Positions 5,532 through 14,857 of a stretch of DNA of 26,185 nt are shown here, piece after piece. Each line of letters opens with the position of its first letter. Positions within the stretch are counted from its first letter, which is position 1. Source of the DNA: a virus (lineage: Duplodnaviria > Caudoviricetes); the IMG/VR virus record IMGVR_UViG_3300017913_002299, positions 1 through 26,185 of that record, one strand, 5' to 3'. The position numbers and the translations under genes are program-made. The notes under the pieces are model-generated. The model was given only the letters and a program-made list of their open reading frames with translations, ran no database searches and was not told the DNA's origin.

Positions 5532-7797
5532 GGTTGCATTAGTAGAAACCAAACCAAGTAAAACGAATTTCGCTAGAGAGTTTGAAGAGGCCTTTGAGTT
5601 TGATCAATGTCAGCTCTGTTCAGACCCCGGGGTTAAAAAAGTTCTAAAGCGAGATTGCGATATTGATATGAACCCAGATGACTACGACTGGGTTGTACTT
5701 GTGGGCAGCGATGCCTTAAAATATTACACCAAGATTAATTCCGTTACAGAGTACTCAGGTAAGAAGGTAGAAGATAAGTTCTTACCTGTAATCAATCCGT
5801 CAATGCTGGCATTTAAACCAGAGGCGCGACGTACTTGGGAAGAGTCAAAAGACAACATTATTAAGTATATCTCTGGAGAGATTGAAGATGTAGTAATCAA
5901 CGAAGAGATTGCTTTCGGGATACAAGATACGGAGCAAGCAAATGAATTTATTCGGGCTGCCATCAAAGCAGAATGTGGATATGTTGCACTCGATTCTGAA
6001 ACGACTGGGCTCTACCCTCGTGATGGTTATATGTTGGGCATTAGCCTTAGTTATGATGGTAAGTGCGGTGCTTATATTGTTACCGATTGCTTTGATTATC
6101 AAACTGAAGCACTTCTTCAGCAGTTATTTGATGAGAAAAAAGTAATCTTTCATAACGCTAAGTTTGATATGGCGTTTTTTGAGTATCACTTTAATTTTAA
6201 GTTTCCTCAGTTCGAAGACACCATGCTTCTTCACTATCTCATTGATGAGAACCCTGGAGGGCACGGACTAAAAGCGCTATCTCTAAAGTATACTCCCTAT
6301 GGAGACTACGAGAAGCCAATGTACGATTGGATAGATCAGTACAGAAAAGAAACAGGAATACTAAAAGCAGACTTTCAGTGGTCTTCAATTCCTTTTGATA
6401 TTATGAAAACATATGCTGCAATGGATGCGGTCTGTACATTCTTGCTTTACGAAAAGTTTGTAAAGATTAAGCAAAATAAAAAGCTATGCAGTGTGTACGA
6501 TAATCTCTTGATCCCAGGCACTAGATTCTTGATTGATGTTCAAGACAATGGTGTTCCTTTTGATAGAGAAAGATTATATGTGGCGCAAGACTCTATGCAG
6601 ACAGATATTGATGCTGCAATTGCTACATTGTATGAGAACGATAAAATACGGAGGTTCGAGGAAATAAATGCAAAACCTTTTAATCCTAACAGCACTGTTC
6701 AGTTGCGTAGCCTTCTATTTGACCATCTTGGCCTCACGCCCACTGGAAAGAAAACTGGAACGGGCGCAGAGTCTACTGACGCGGAAGTGCTCAAGGAACT
6801 CTCGGCTCAATCGGATGTACCGCAATTCATCTTGGATATACGACAAAAATCTAAAATCAAGAATACTTATCTTGATAAGATCATACCACAGCTGGATCGA
6901 GATTCTCGCCTTCGTACAGGCTTCAATCTTCATAGTACTACTAGTGGTAGGTTGTCTAGCTCTGGCAAACTTAATATGCAGCAGCTTCCCCGAGATAATC
7001 CCACTGTTAAGGGGTGCATAAAAGCAGCCCCAGGCAATAAAATTGTTGCAATGGATTTAACTACAGCAGAAGTATATGTGGCCGCAGTATTGGCAAAAGA
7101 TGAAGCACTTATGGATGTATTTCGTAGTGGCGGAAACTTCCACAGTACGATTGCTCACAAAGTATTTCGACTGCCATGCGAAGTAGAGGAGGTAGCAGAG
7201 CTATACGCAGACCGTAGGCAGGCGGCAAAAGCTGTAACATTTGGTATCATGTATGGTGCCGGACCTGCAAAGATTAGTGAGCAGGTAACAAAAGATAGTG
7301 GAAAGTATTTTTCCCGAAATGAGGCCCAAGAAGTAATTGATGATTACTTTGACGCCTTTAGCAACCTAAAAGCATGGATTGAAGATAGACAAAAGTTTAT
7401 TTCACAAAATGGATTTGTCTATAGTTTTTTTGGTAGAAAAAGGAGATTACCGAATGTCGAAAGCTCAGACAAGGGCATCCAATCTCATAGCATTCGCTCT
7501 GGTCTTAATTTTCTGGTACAGTCTACTGCTAGTGATATTAACCTTCTCGGGGCTATAGAGATGGGAAATTTTATTAAGTCTAAAAACTTAAACTCTAGAA
7601 TTTTTGGTCTTGTGCACGATTCTATTCTTGCAGAAGTACCAGAAAAAGAAGTGACTTTCTACTGTCAAATGTTGCAGAAGTTTGTTCAAAAAGATAGGGG
7701 TGTATATATCCCTGGGGCTCCTATTGGTTGTGATTTTGAAATAGGGGAAGATTACTCAATGGGTAAATTTACGAAATTATATGGTAATACAGTATAA
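5524..7797 (+). CDS. pol: Family A DNA polymerase with 3'-5' exonuclease and an N-terminal extension (T5 Pol-like)
   Basis: Exonuclease motifs DSETTG, HNAKFD, YAAMD. TTSGRLSS..NMQQLP. Motif A AMDLTTAE, motif B RQAAKAVTFGIMYG, motif C VHDS. Confidence 0.96.
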   Translation: MPKVALVETKPSKTNFAREFEEAFEFDQCQLCSDPGVKKVLKRDCDIDMNPDDYDWVVLVGSDALKYYTKINSVTEYSGKKVEDKFLPVINPSMLAFKPEARRTWEESKDNIIKYISGEIEDVVINEEIAFGIQDTEQANEFIRAAIKAECGYVALDSETTGLYPRDGYMLGISLSYDGKCGAYIVTDCFDYQTEALLQQLFDEKKVIFHNAKFDMAFFEYHFNFKFPQFEDTMLLHYLIDENPGGHGLKALSLKYTPYGDYEKPMYDWIDQYRKETGILKADFQWSSIPFDIMKTYAAMDAVCTFLLYEKFVKIKQNKKLCSVYDNLLIPGTRFLIDVQDNGVPFDRERLYVAQDSMQTDIDAAIATLYENDKIRRFEEINAKPFNPNSTVQLRSLLFDHLGLTPTGKKTGTGAESTDAEVLKELSAQSDVPQFILDIRQKSKIKNTYLDKIIPQLDRDSRLRTGFNLHSTTSGRLSSSGKLNMQQLPRDNPTVKGCIKAAPGNKIVAMDLTTAEVYVAAVLAKDEALMDVFRSGGNFHSTIAHKVFRLPCEVEEVAELYADRRQAAKAVTFGIMYGAGPAKISEQVTKDSGKYFSRNEAQEVIDDYFDAFSNLKAWIEDRQKFISQNGFVYSFFGRKRRLPNVESSDKGIQSHSIRSGLNFLVQSTASDINLLGAIEMGNFIKSKNLNSRIFGLVHDSILAEVPEKEVTFYCQMLQKFVQKDRGVYIPGAPIGCDFEIGEDYSMGKFTKLYGNTV

Positions 7798-8275
7798 GAG
7801 TATTAATAAAATTAAGTTCCCAGTCTATGAGCTTCCTAGCTCAAACTGGGAACGATCAGATGGGTTATTATTTTTAGATAAACAAGTAGTAGATGATATG
7901 AATCAAAGAGGAGATACGTTAGGTGCAAGACGTCTACAAACTCCTCATAAAAATCTATTACCTCTAAAAGCTCAGATCGATACGTTCAGAGGCATACTAA
8001 AAAGTGACCACAAGTATTTTATAGACACAAATGGATTTTGTTTTATCTATGAAAAAACAGAATTTTGTAAATTAAAATACTTTAAAATAAAGGATATAGT
8101 ACAAAGAGAAACTTGCTCTCTTCTAAAACTAGATGGAGTAAAGAATCCTTTTGTAATTCCTAGGCCTCCAGCTATGGATATAGGCTATGCAGGTATAATC
8201 TTATGGAATAATTTACCTTGGGTTCTATATGATTATGCAGAAGAAAAATTGAAAGATACCAGAAGGAAAGTATGA
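7781..8275 (+). CDS. Conserved T5-like hypothetical protein between pol and D10
   Basis: 164-aa ORF overlapping both neighbours. FPVY...V+DD.N..G.TLG.RRLQ pattern and synteny match the T5 gene downstream of pol as recalled. Confidence 0.75.
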   Translation: MVIQYKSINKIKFPVYELPSSNWERSDGLLFLDKQVVDDMNQRGDTLGARRLQTPHKNLLPLKAQIDTFRGILKSDHKYFIDTNGFCFIYEKTEFCKLKYFKIKDIVQRETCSLLKLDGVKNPFVIPRPPAMDIGYAGIILWNNLPWVLYDYAEEKLKDTRRKV

Positions 8276-9555
8276 AAGCTGTATTAAGCAATCGTATTTT
8301 TATGGATGCATCTCCAGAGCTTAGAGAAAAGCTCTCGAAGGAGTTAACCTATAAAATCGCGCCTCAAAATCCAAATGATCCTCCTCAGATTATTAAGAAT
8401 CTGCAGCGGGTGCGCGACAATCTGGTATCCATACCAAGCGGTCGAGAGGATTTAATACCAAATGAATATGAAATTGTCGACAAGAGGATTATGGTTCCTG
8501 TTGATTTTCCTGATTTTAAGTTTGTACTCAGAGACTCTCAACAAGCCGTCTACGATGATATCTCAAGCAGTAGTATCATCAATGCGTGGGTAAGTTGGGG
8601 AAAAACGTTTACAGGTCTTGCAATCGCTGGAAAACTGGGACAAAAAACATTAGTTATTACGCATACAGTACCGCTGAGAAATCAGTGGGCAAAAGAGGTG
8701 GAAAAAGTCTATGGTATCACTCCCGGAATTATTGGTTCTGGCACTTGGAATACCGATCCTTGTATTGTGGTTGGTAATACCCAAACCTTATATAGAAACA
8801 TCGAACGAATTAGAAAAATTTTTGGAACAATTATCTTGGACGAAATGCACCACGTATCTTCGCCAACTTTTTCAAAAATCATCGACACAAGCCACGCAAG
8901 ATACAAAATCGGACTAAGTGGCACAATTGAGCGAAAAGACGGAAAACATGTAGTTTTTCGTGACTACTTTGGAAACAAGCTATACCAGCCGCCAAAAGAA
9001 AACTTTATGACGCCGAGTATTGATATTTATCGTTCCGAGGTGCGCTTTATGGACGGTGCAAATATTCCATGGGCAAATCGAGTAAACAATCTAGCAAACA
9101 ATGAAGAATATGTACATAGTGTCTCGTTGCTTGCATCATACTATGCGGCCAGAGGGCACAAAGTATTAGTAGTATCAGATAGAGTGCACTTTCTAAAAAC
9201 TTGTGCGCAGTTAGTAGGAGACAAAGCAATTTGTGTAACAGGAGAGGTTCCTCACGAAGAGAGAGAAACCCTTATTGATGAGATAAATTATGGTGATAAA
9301 GAAATACTTTTTGGCACTCAAGCAATATTTAGTGAGGGCATTTCAGTTAATTCCCTCTCTGTCCTTATACTCGGTACCCCTATCAACAATGAACCCCTTC
9401 TCACCCAGCTCATCGGAAGAGTCATTCGAGAACAAGAAGGAAAGCGAGACCCTGTAGTTGTAGATATCCATCTAAAAGGTAAAACTGCAACACGCCAAGC
9501 GTCTAATCGCATGGGGTACTACATGAAGCAAGGGTACAAAATAAATCAAATATAA
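8272..9555 (+). CDS. D10: SF2 DExH helicase (T5 D10 / UvsW-like)
   Basis: Q motif LRDSQ, Walker A AWVSWGKT, DEMHH, GLSGT, SEGIS, QLIGRVIR. Confidence 0.92.
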   Translation: MKAVLSNRIFMDASPELREKLSKELTYKIAPQNPNDPPQIIKNLQRVRDNLVSIPSGREDLIPNEYEIVDKRIMVPVDFPDFKFVLRDSQQAVYDDISSSSIINAWVSWGKTFTGLAIAGKLGQKTLVITHTVPLRNQWAKEVEKVYGITPGIIGSGTWNTDPCIVVGNTQTLYRNIERIRKIFGTIILDEMHHVSSPTFSKIIDTSHARYKIGLSGTIERKDGKHVVFRDYFGNKLYQPPKENFMTPSIDIYRSEVRFMDGANIPWANRVNNLANNEEYVHSVSLLASYYAARGHKVLVVSDRVHFLKTCAQLVGDKAICVTGEVPHEERETLIDEINYGDKEILFGTQAIFSEGISVNSLSVLILGTPINNEPLLTQLIGRVIREQEGKRDPVVVDIHLKGKTATRQASNRMGYYMKQGYKINQI

Positions 9556-9559
9556 CATA

Positions 9560-9603
9560 GAAAAATAGTTCTTGACATTAGCTGGAGTTTCGTGTATAAT
9601 AGT
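9560..9603 (+). promoter_or_regulatory. P4: consensus sigma70 promoter after D10
   Basis: TTGACA 9572-9577, 17-bp spacer, TATAAT 9595-9600, upstream GAAAAATAGTTC. Confidence 0.9.
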
Positions 9604-10011
9604 ATGTTCTTATATGATTGGAAAAAGATTTATGAAAAGGCTGGAGGCGATGCCTCCTCTATTTTCACTATCTTTAAAATGATGGTAAACAATGAGATAC
9701 CCAAGAACCGTTGGGATAAGACGTATAAATACTCTAATATACGTTTTATCGGCGAGTCGTTCTTGGCACATCCTGACGTACTCCTTTTTAATTCGTATAA
9801 GTATAGCCATGTTGAGGTAGCCCAGTACCTTGCCTTGGCTTCTTTACGTCCGCTTTCGGACTATTTAGTATCTGGGAAAACCATTCTAGACAGTAATTTA
9901 CTTGAGCTAGATAAATCACTTTTTGAAGACAATAGGCTACTTGATATCAATGATGACAGAGTTATCTTTGAATATGAAGAAGTCCCACAGGAGAAAACAC
10001 AATGGCATTAG
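9604..10011 (+). CDS. Conserved T5-like hypothetical protein between D10 and D11 (start ATG 9604 or GTG 9592)
   Basis: Open frame MFLYDWKKIY...QYLALASLR, syntenic with the T5 gene preceding D11. Start codon uncertain. Confidence 0.75.
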   Translation: MFLYDWKKIYEKAGGDASSIFTIFKMMVNNEIPKNRWDKTYKYSNIRFIGESFLAHPDVLLFNSYKYSHVEVAQYLALASLRPLSDYLVSGKTILDSNLLELDKSLFEDNRLLDINDDRVIFEYEEVPQEKTQWH

Positions 10012-10631
10012 ATTTTAACCAAGCCGCTGGCGGCGCTAAAAAATCATCAATCACTTCGTTCTCTTATCGCGACGGCGAAAACGAAGTACGACTAGTCGGT
10101 GACGTACTTGCACGTTATGTGTATTGGCTAGAAGGTAAGAATGGTAAGAACATTCCTTTTGAGTGTTTGTCATTTGATCGCAATGAAGAGCGATTCAATA
10201 ATAAAGAAAAAGATTGGGTTCGTGAGTACTACCCCGATCTGAAGTGTGGCTGGAGCTACGCTATGCAGTGCTTGGATCAAGGCGAAGTAAAGATCATCAA
10301 CTTGAAGAAGAAGCTGTTCGAAGCTATTCTTCAAGCCGCACAAGACGGTCTAGGAGACCCTACAGATCCAGAGAATGGCTGGGATGTTAAGTTCAAGCGA
10401 GTAAAGACGGGTCCTCTTCCGTACAATGTAGAGTATCAACTTCAAGTCTTGAAGTGCAAGCAGCGCGCACTGACCGAAGACGAAATGGCTGCTATTGCAG
10501 ACCTAAAGTCTATGGACGATGTTATGCCTCGTCCAACCCCCGACGCACAGAAAACTCTTCTCGATGAGATTCGTGAAGAAAATTCTGGAGATATGGATGA
10601 AGCACTAGAAGCTGAGTTTAAAATGTCATGA
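10002..10631 (+). CDS. D11: Single-stranded DNA-binding protein (T5 D11-like)
   Basis: GEN.VRLVG, DPTDP..GWD..F.R.KTGP..NVEY, acidic C-terminal tail, SD AGGAG, T5 synteny. Confidence 0.85.
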   Translation: MALDFNQAAGGAKKSSITSFSYRDGENEVRLVGDVLARYVYWLEGKNGKNIPFECLSFDRNEERFNNKEKDWVREYYPDLKCGWSYAMQCLDQGEVKIINLKKKLFEAILQAAQDGLGDPTDPENGWDVKFKRVKTGPLPYNVEYQLQVLKCKQRALTEDEMAAIADLKSMDDVMPRPTPDAQKTLLDEIREENSGDMDEALEAEFKMS

Positions 10632-11587
10632 TTTTATTTACGGCAGACTGGCACATAAAGCTAGGTCAAAAGAATGTACCACGAGAGTGGGCCCTTAACA
10701 GATATAAAATGTTTTTCGAGCAAGTACATAGCCTCGAAAAAGAATGCAATATGCACATTATTGGAGGGGATCTTTTTGACCGTCTGCCGACCATGGAAGA
10801 GCTGGAACTTTACTTTGCGTTTATTCGTGAAGTAAAGATTCCAACTCTTGTTTATGACGGTAATCATGAAGCAACAAAGAAAAATAAAACTTTTTTCACA
10901 CAACTTAAACAAGTCTCTAGGGACATAAATCCTCTTGTAAAAGTAGTCGATATGTCTTATTACGACAATGACTACGGATTCGGAGTGTTGCCATATGCTG
11001 ATCTTCACCGTAAAAATGCTATCGAACTGTTTGATACAAAGAAGCCTTTGTTTACTCATGTTCGGGGAGAGATACCTCCACACGTCAAGCCAGAGGTGGA
11101 CTTAGACAGGTTCGAGGACTTCCCAGTAGTATTTGCAGGAGACTTACACGCACACAACAACACACAACGAAATATTGTATATCCCGGGTCTCCTATGACA
11201 ACCTCGTTCCATAGAACTGAAGTTCAGACTGGATATCTTCTTATAAACCCAGAAAACTGGGAATGGATGTGGGAGCCTTTCGAGCTGCCTCAGCTAATTA
11301 GAAAAACTGTTGTTGATCCAAGTGAGATGATACCAACAGACTTTCACCATACTATCTATGAGATAGAAGGGGACATGCAAGAACTTGCAAATGTAAAGAA
11401 TAGTGAGTTGTTGGATAAGAAAGTCATAAAGCGAAGTTCAGAAGCTACTTTAGTTATTGACAAAGATATGACTATACAGGACGAGCTTGTAGAATATTTG
11501 ACATATATTCTGGAAATACCAGAAGCCAGAATACCTAACATAATGAGCATATTTAATGATTACGCTACGAAAATTGAAATGGAGTAA
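10628..11587 (+). CDS. D12: SbcD/Mre11-like metallophosphoesterase nuclease (T5 D12)
   Basis: ADWH, GGDLFD, GNHE, FTHV, AGDLH, YPGSP motifs. Confidence 0.93.
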   Translation: MILFTADWHIKLGQKNVPREWALNRYKMFFEQVHSLEKECNMHIIGGDLFDRLPTMEELELYFAFIREVKIPTLVYDGNHEATKKNKTFFTQLKQVSRDINPLVKVVDMSYYDNDYGFGVLPYADLHRKNAIELFDTKKPLFTHVRGEIPPHVKPEVDLDRFEDFPVVFAGDLHAHNNTQRNIVYPGSPMTTSFHRTEVQTGYLLINPENWEWMWEPFELPQLIRKTVVDPSEMIPTDFHHTIYEIEGDMQELANVKNSELLDKKVIKRSSEATLVIDKDMTIQDELVEYLTYILEIPEARIPNIMSIFNDYATKIEME

Positions 11588-13349
11588 TTGTTTTAGTTAT
11601 GGGGAAAACAATGAGCTGAATTTAGAAGAGAATACTGTAACTCAGCTTGTTGGCACTAACGGGATGGGGAAGTCCTCCATCCCGTTAATTATAGAAGAAG
11701 CCCTATTTAACAAAAACTCCAAAGGAATCAAAAAGGCAGATATTCCGAATCGTTATAATAATGCGGGATATCACATTCACTTAGAGTTTACCAAGGATAG
11801 CAAACAGTATGATGTCATTATTGATCGCAAGTCTAGTATTAAGCTTCGTCTTTTGGAAGATGGAGAAGATATTAGTTCTCATACAGCGACCAATACATAT
11901 AAGACACTCCAAGCTATTATTGGAATCGATTTCAAAACCTTCTCTCAGTTGGTATACCAAAACACAAATAGCAGTTTGCAATTTCTTACTGCAACGGATA
12001 CGAACCGCAAGAAGTTTCTTATTGACCTTCTCCACTTAGAAAAGTATGTAGAACTATTTGATATATTTAAGAATGAATCAAAAACACACTACTACAATCT
12101 AACAGGCATAGAATCACAGATAGCAACCGTAGAAAAATGGTTGAATGATAATAAATTGAGTGATACATCCATACTGCCACTCGAAAATCTTACAATCGAG
12201 ACGGAAGAAGATGAGAAAGAAGCCGCCAGGCTTACGATGGAAATTAAAAATATTTCCGAAAAAAATAAAAAAATTCAACAGAACAATACATACAAGAAGC
12301 TGCTATCATCCATTGATATACAATCAGCACGAGAGTGTTCTGTAACAGAAAAAAAGTCCTACGATGATTTACAGTCAGAGCTAGGCAGTCTCAACGGGGT
12401 CGTAGCGGGGTCAAAGAAGCTACTAGAAAAGCTAAACAAACTAGGAGATCATTGCCCCACTTGTGAGCAAGATGTAGACTCAGAGTTCAAGCAAGAACTT
12501 ATTTTAAATGAGTCAATGAAAATCGCAGACGCGAGGGAAAAACAAGATGAACTTGAAGCAAGAATACAAGAAATTAGACGAGATAATGAGCTCTTCGCCA
12601 GTGCTGAAAAAACTCAGCAAGAATGGCAAGAAATTTATCGAAGTATTGACACCGCACTGCCGTCGAGCCTACTGGACAAAGAGGAGCTTGATGGCCGCTT
12701 GTCAGAGGTCCGTGAACGACTTAATGACGCGCAAAACAGATTAAACGAAGTAGCAAAAAAGAACGAACAAATAACAAAAAGAAACACACGAATTCAAGTA
12801 ATCCTGGAGCAAACTGAAGAATTTCAACAACAGTTGGAAGAGGGACGTGTCGCCCTTGAAGAAGAGCAAGAAATTGCAAGCCACCTTGAAGTGTTAAAGA
12901 AAGCGTTCAGCACAAACGGATTAATCGCCTATAAGATCGAAAATCTAGTAAAAGAGCTAGAAGAATTAACAAACTACTACCTTGCAGAGTTATCAGACGG
13001 TAGATTTACTTTAGAGTTTGTCGTTACAAATGACAAGTTAAATGTACAAATTACCGATAATGGTAGCATAGTGGATATTCTTGCGCTTTCTAGTGGAGAG
13101 TTAGCAAGAGTAAATACAGCTACATTGATTGCTATTCGAAAATTAATGAGTAGTATATCAAAGTCAAGAATCAATGTACTTTTCTTGGATGAAGTAATTA
13201 ATGTACTAGATGATGCCGGTAGAGAAAAAATGGTAGAAGTTTTACTTGGAGAAGATTTAAACACATATGTAGTAAGTCACGGGTGGACACACCCCTTGCT
13301 AGAAAAAATAGAAGTGGTTAAATCAGGAAATATATCGAGGTTAGAATGA
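11556..13349 (+). CDS. D13: SbcC/Rad50-like SMC ATPase (T5 D13)
   Basis: Walker A GTNGMGKS, coiled coils flanking a CPTC Zn hook, signature LSSGE, Walker B LFLDE, VVSH. Confidence 0.95.
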   Translation: MITLRKLKWSNCFSYGENNELNLEENTVTQLVGTNGMGKSSIPLIIEEALFNKNSKGIKKADIPNRYNNAGYHIHLEFTKDSKQYDVIIDRKSSIKLRLLEDGEDISSHTATNTYKTLQAIIGIDFKTFSQLVYQNTNSSLQFLTATDTNRKKFLIDLLHLEKYVELFDIFKNESKTHYYNLTGIESQIATVEKWLNDNKLSDTSILPLENLTIETEEDEKEAARLTMEIKNISEKNKKIQQNNTYKKLLSSIDIQSARECSVTEKKSYDDLQSELGSLNGVVAGSKKLLEKLNKLGDHCPTCEQDVDSEFKQELILNESMKIADAREKQDELEARIQEIRRDNELFASAEKTQQEWQEIYRSIDTALPSSLLDKEELDGRLSEVRERLNDAQNRLNEVAKKNEQITKRNTRIQVILEQTEEFQQQLEEGRVALEEEQEIASHLEVLKKAFSTNGLIAYKIENLVKELEELTNYYLAELSDGRFTLEFVVTNDKLNVQITDNGSIVDILALSSGELARVNTATLIAIRKLMSSISKSRINVLFLDEVINVLDDAGREKMVEVLLGEDLNTYVVSHGWTHPLLEKIEVVKSGNISRLE

Positions 13350-13582
13350 GCGAACCAGAAATGACATTTACCACCGCACATCTTATGTGTGAAAATATGA
13401 AAGAATACTTGCTTGGTAAATGTAAGTATCACGAAACAAATATTAAAATTTACTTTCAAAGTCCTGTCGGTATCGGAGAACACCCAGATATTCTTGGAGC
13501 AATCGAAGATGAGCTAGGAAAGCTCGCAGAGTATAAAGAAAAACTGGATATACTTCGAGAGATAGAGAGGAGCTTGTGGTAG
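13346..13582 (+). CDS. Small helical hypothetical protein (PVGIGEH motif)
   Basis: 78-aa ORF overlapping both neighbours (ATGA overlap with D13). The NI.IY..SPVGIGEH.DI..AIE.EL pattern is recalled from marine phage proteins. Confidence 0.75.
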   Translation: MSEPEMTFTTAHLMCENMKEYLLGKCKYHETNIKIYFQSPVGIGEHPDILGAIEDELGKLAEYKEKLDILREIERSLW

Positions 13583-14025
13583 ACAGTAGAGCAAAAGGTG
13601 CTCGGGGGGAATATTTAGTTAGAGACCTTTTAAGAGAACACACCGGCCTTCAGTTCGAAAGAGTCCCTAATTCAGGGGCTCTTGAGTATTTAAAGGGAGA
13701 TTTATATATCCCACATGAAAAGAATAAATACTGTATTGAAGTAAAAAACTACGCGGACTCTCCTCTTACCGATAAAATCTTCACCGCACCTAGAACAAAT
13801 AATTTAATTAAGTGGTGGAAAAAACTAGAAAAACAAGCGGCTCAGGGTAATCAAGAGCCTCTACTGTTTTTTAAATATAACAGATCTCCTATATTTGTAG
13901 TTACAGGAGACACTCCAGAGCATACAGAAGATTACATATTTATACGCTTTTTACAATGTTTTGTACTTTTAGCTGACGTATGGCTGGAGCATGAAAAGGA
14001 TGTAAGGTTTATTCATGGCATTTGA
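13576..14025 (+). CDS. D14: Holliday junction resolvase, PD-(D/E)xK fold (T5 D14)
   Basis: SRAKGARGE, RVPNSGA, GDL, IEVK. GTG start with GAGGAG upstream. Confidence 0.88.
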   Translation: MVDSRAKGARGEYLVRDLLREHTGLQFERVPNSGALEYLKGDLYIPHEKNKYCIEVKNYADSPLTDKIFTAPRTNNLIKWWKKLEKQAAQGNQEPLLFFKYNRSPIFVVTGDTPEHTEDYIFIRFLQCFVLLADVWLEHEKDVRFIHGI

Positions 14026-14857
14026 TTTCAATGAAAAAATACCTACAGAAAAAATAACCCTTGTAGTAGACGCTCTTAATCTAGCATTTAGATGGAAACA
14101 CCAAGGCAGAACAGACTTTAGGTACGAGTATCAAAAAACAATAGAATCGCTTGCAAACTCATATTCTTGTAGAGAAATTATTATTGCAGCAGACTGGGGC
14201 TCTTCTTCATATAGAAAAGCTATTTCCCCAGACTACAAGCAAAATAGAAAAGAAAAGTTTGCAGAGCAAAGCGAAGAAGAAAGAATTGCTTTTGAAGAGT
14301 TTTTCGAAGAATTCGAAGCCTCTCTGGAAGTACTGGCCGAAGAAGGTTACCCCGTGCTTCGCTACAAGGGCGTAGAAGCGGATGATATTGCAGCACACTT
14401 GGTAAAGCATAAAAATACTTACGAACTAGAGAGTATATGGCTAATATCAAGCGATAGGGATTGGGATCTACTAATTCAAGAAGGAGTTGGCAGATTTTCT
14501 TATGTGACGAGGAAGGAAGTCACTTTAGATAACTGGTCGGATCACTACGATGTAGAGCCAGATCAATATATTTCTCTAAAATGTTTAACGGGCGATAAAG
14601 GCGACAATGTTCCAGGAATACCTGGAATTGGGCCTAAAAGAGCTCAGCAGCTTATAGAGCAATATGGAAACGCATTTAGTATTTATGACGCAACTCCAAT
14701 AGATAGTAGATATAAGTTTATTCAATCTTTAAACGAGAATGCAGATCAAATACTTACAAATTATGAACTTATGGATTTAATAGCTTACTGTGATGAGGCA
14801 ATAGGCAGGGATAATATTTCAGATATTAGGTGTAAAATAGATGGCTATAGAAATTGA
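14015..14857 (+). CDS. D15: 5'-3' exonuclease / flap endonuclease (T5 D15)
   Basis: VDALN, YKQNR, EADD, SSDRDW, GDKGDNVPGIPGIGPK (H3TH). Confidence 0.95.
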   Translation: MAFDFNEKIPTEKITLVVDALNLAFRWKHQGRTDFRYEYQKTIESLANSYSCREIIIAADWGSSSYRKAISPDYKQNRKEKFAEQSEEERIAFEEFFEEFEASLEVLAEEGYPVLRYKGVEADDIAAHLVKHKNTYELESIWLISSDRDWDLLIQEGVGRFSYVTRKEVTLDNWSDHYDVEPDQYISLKCLTGDKGDNVPGIPGIGPKRAQQLIEQYGNAFSIYDATPIDSRYKFIQSLNENADQILTNYELMDLIAYCDEAIGRDNISDIRCKIDGYRN

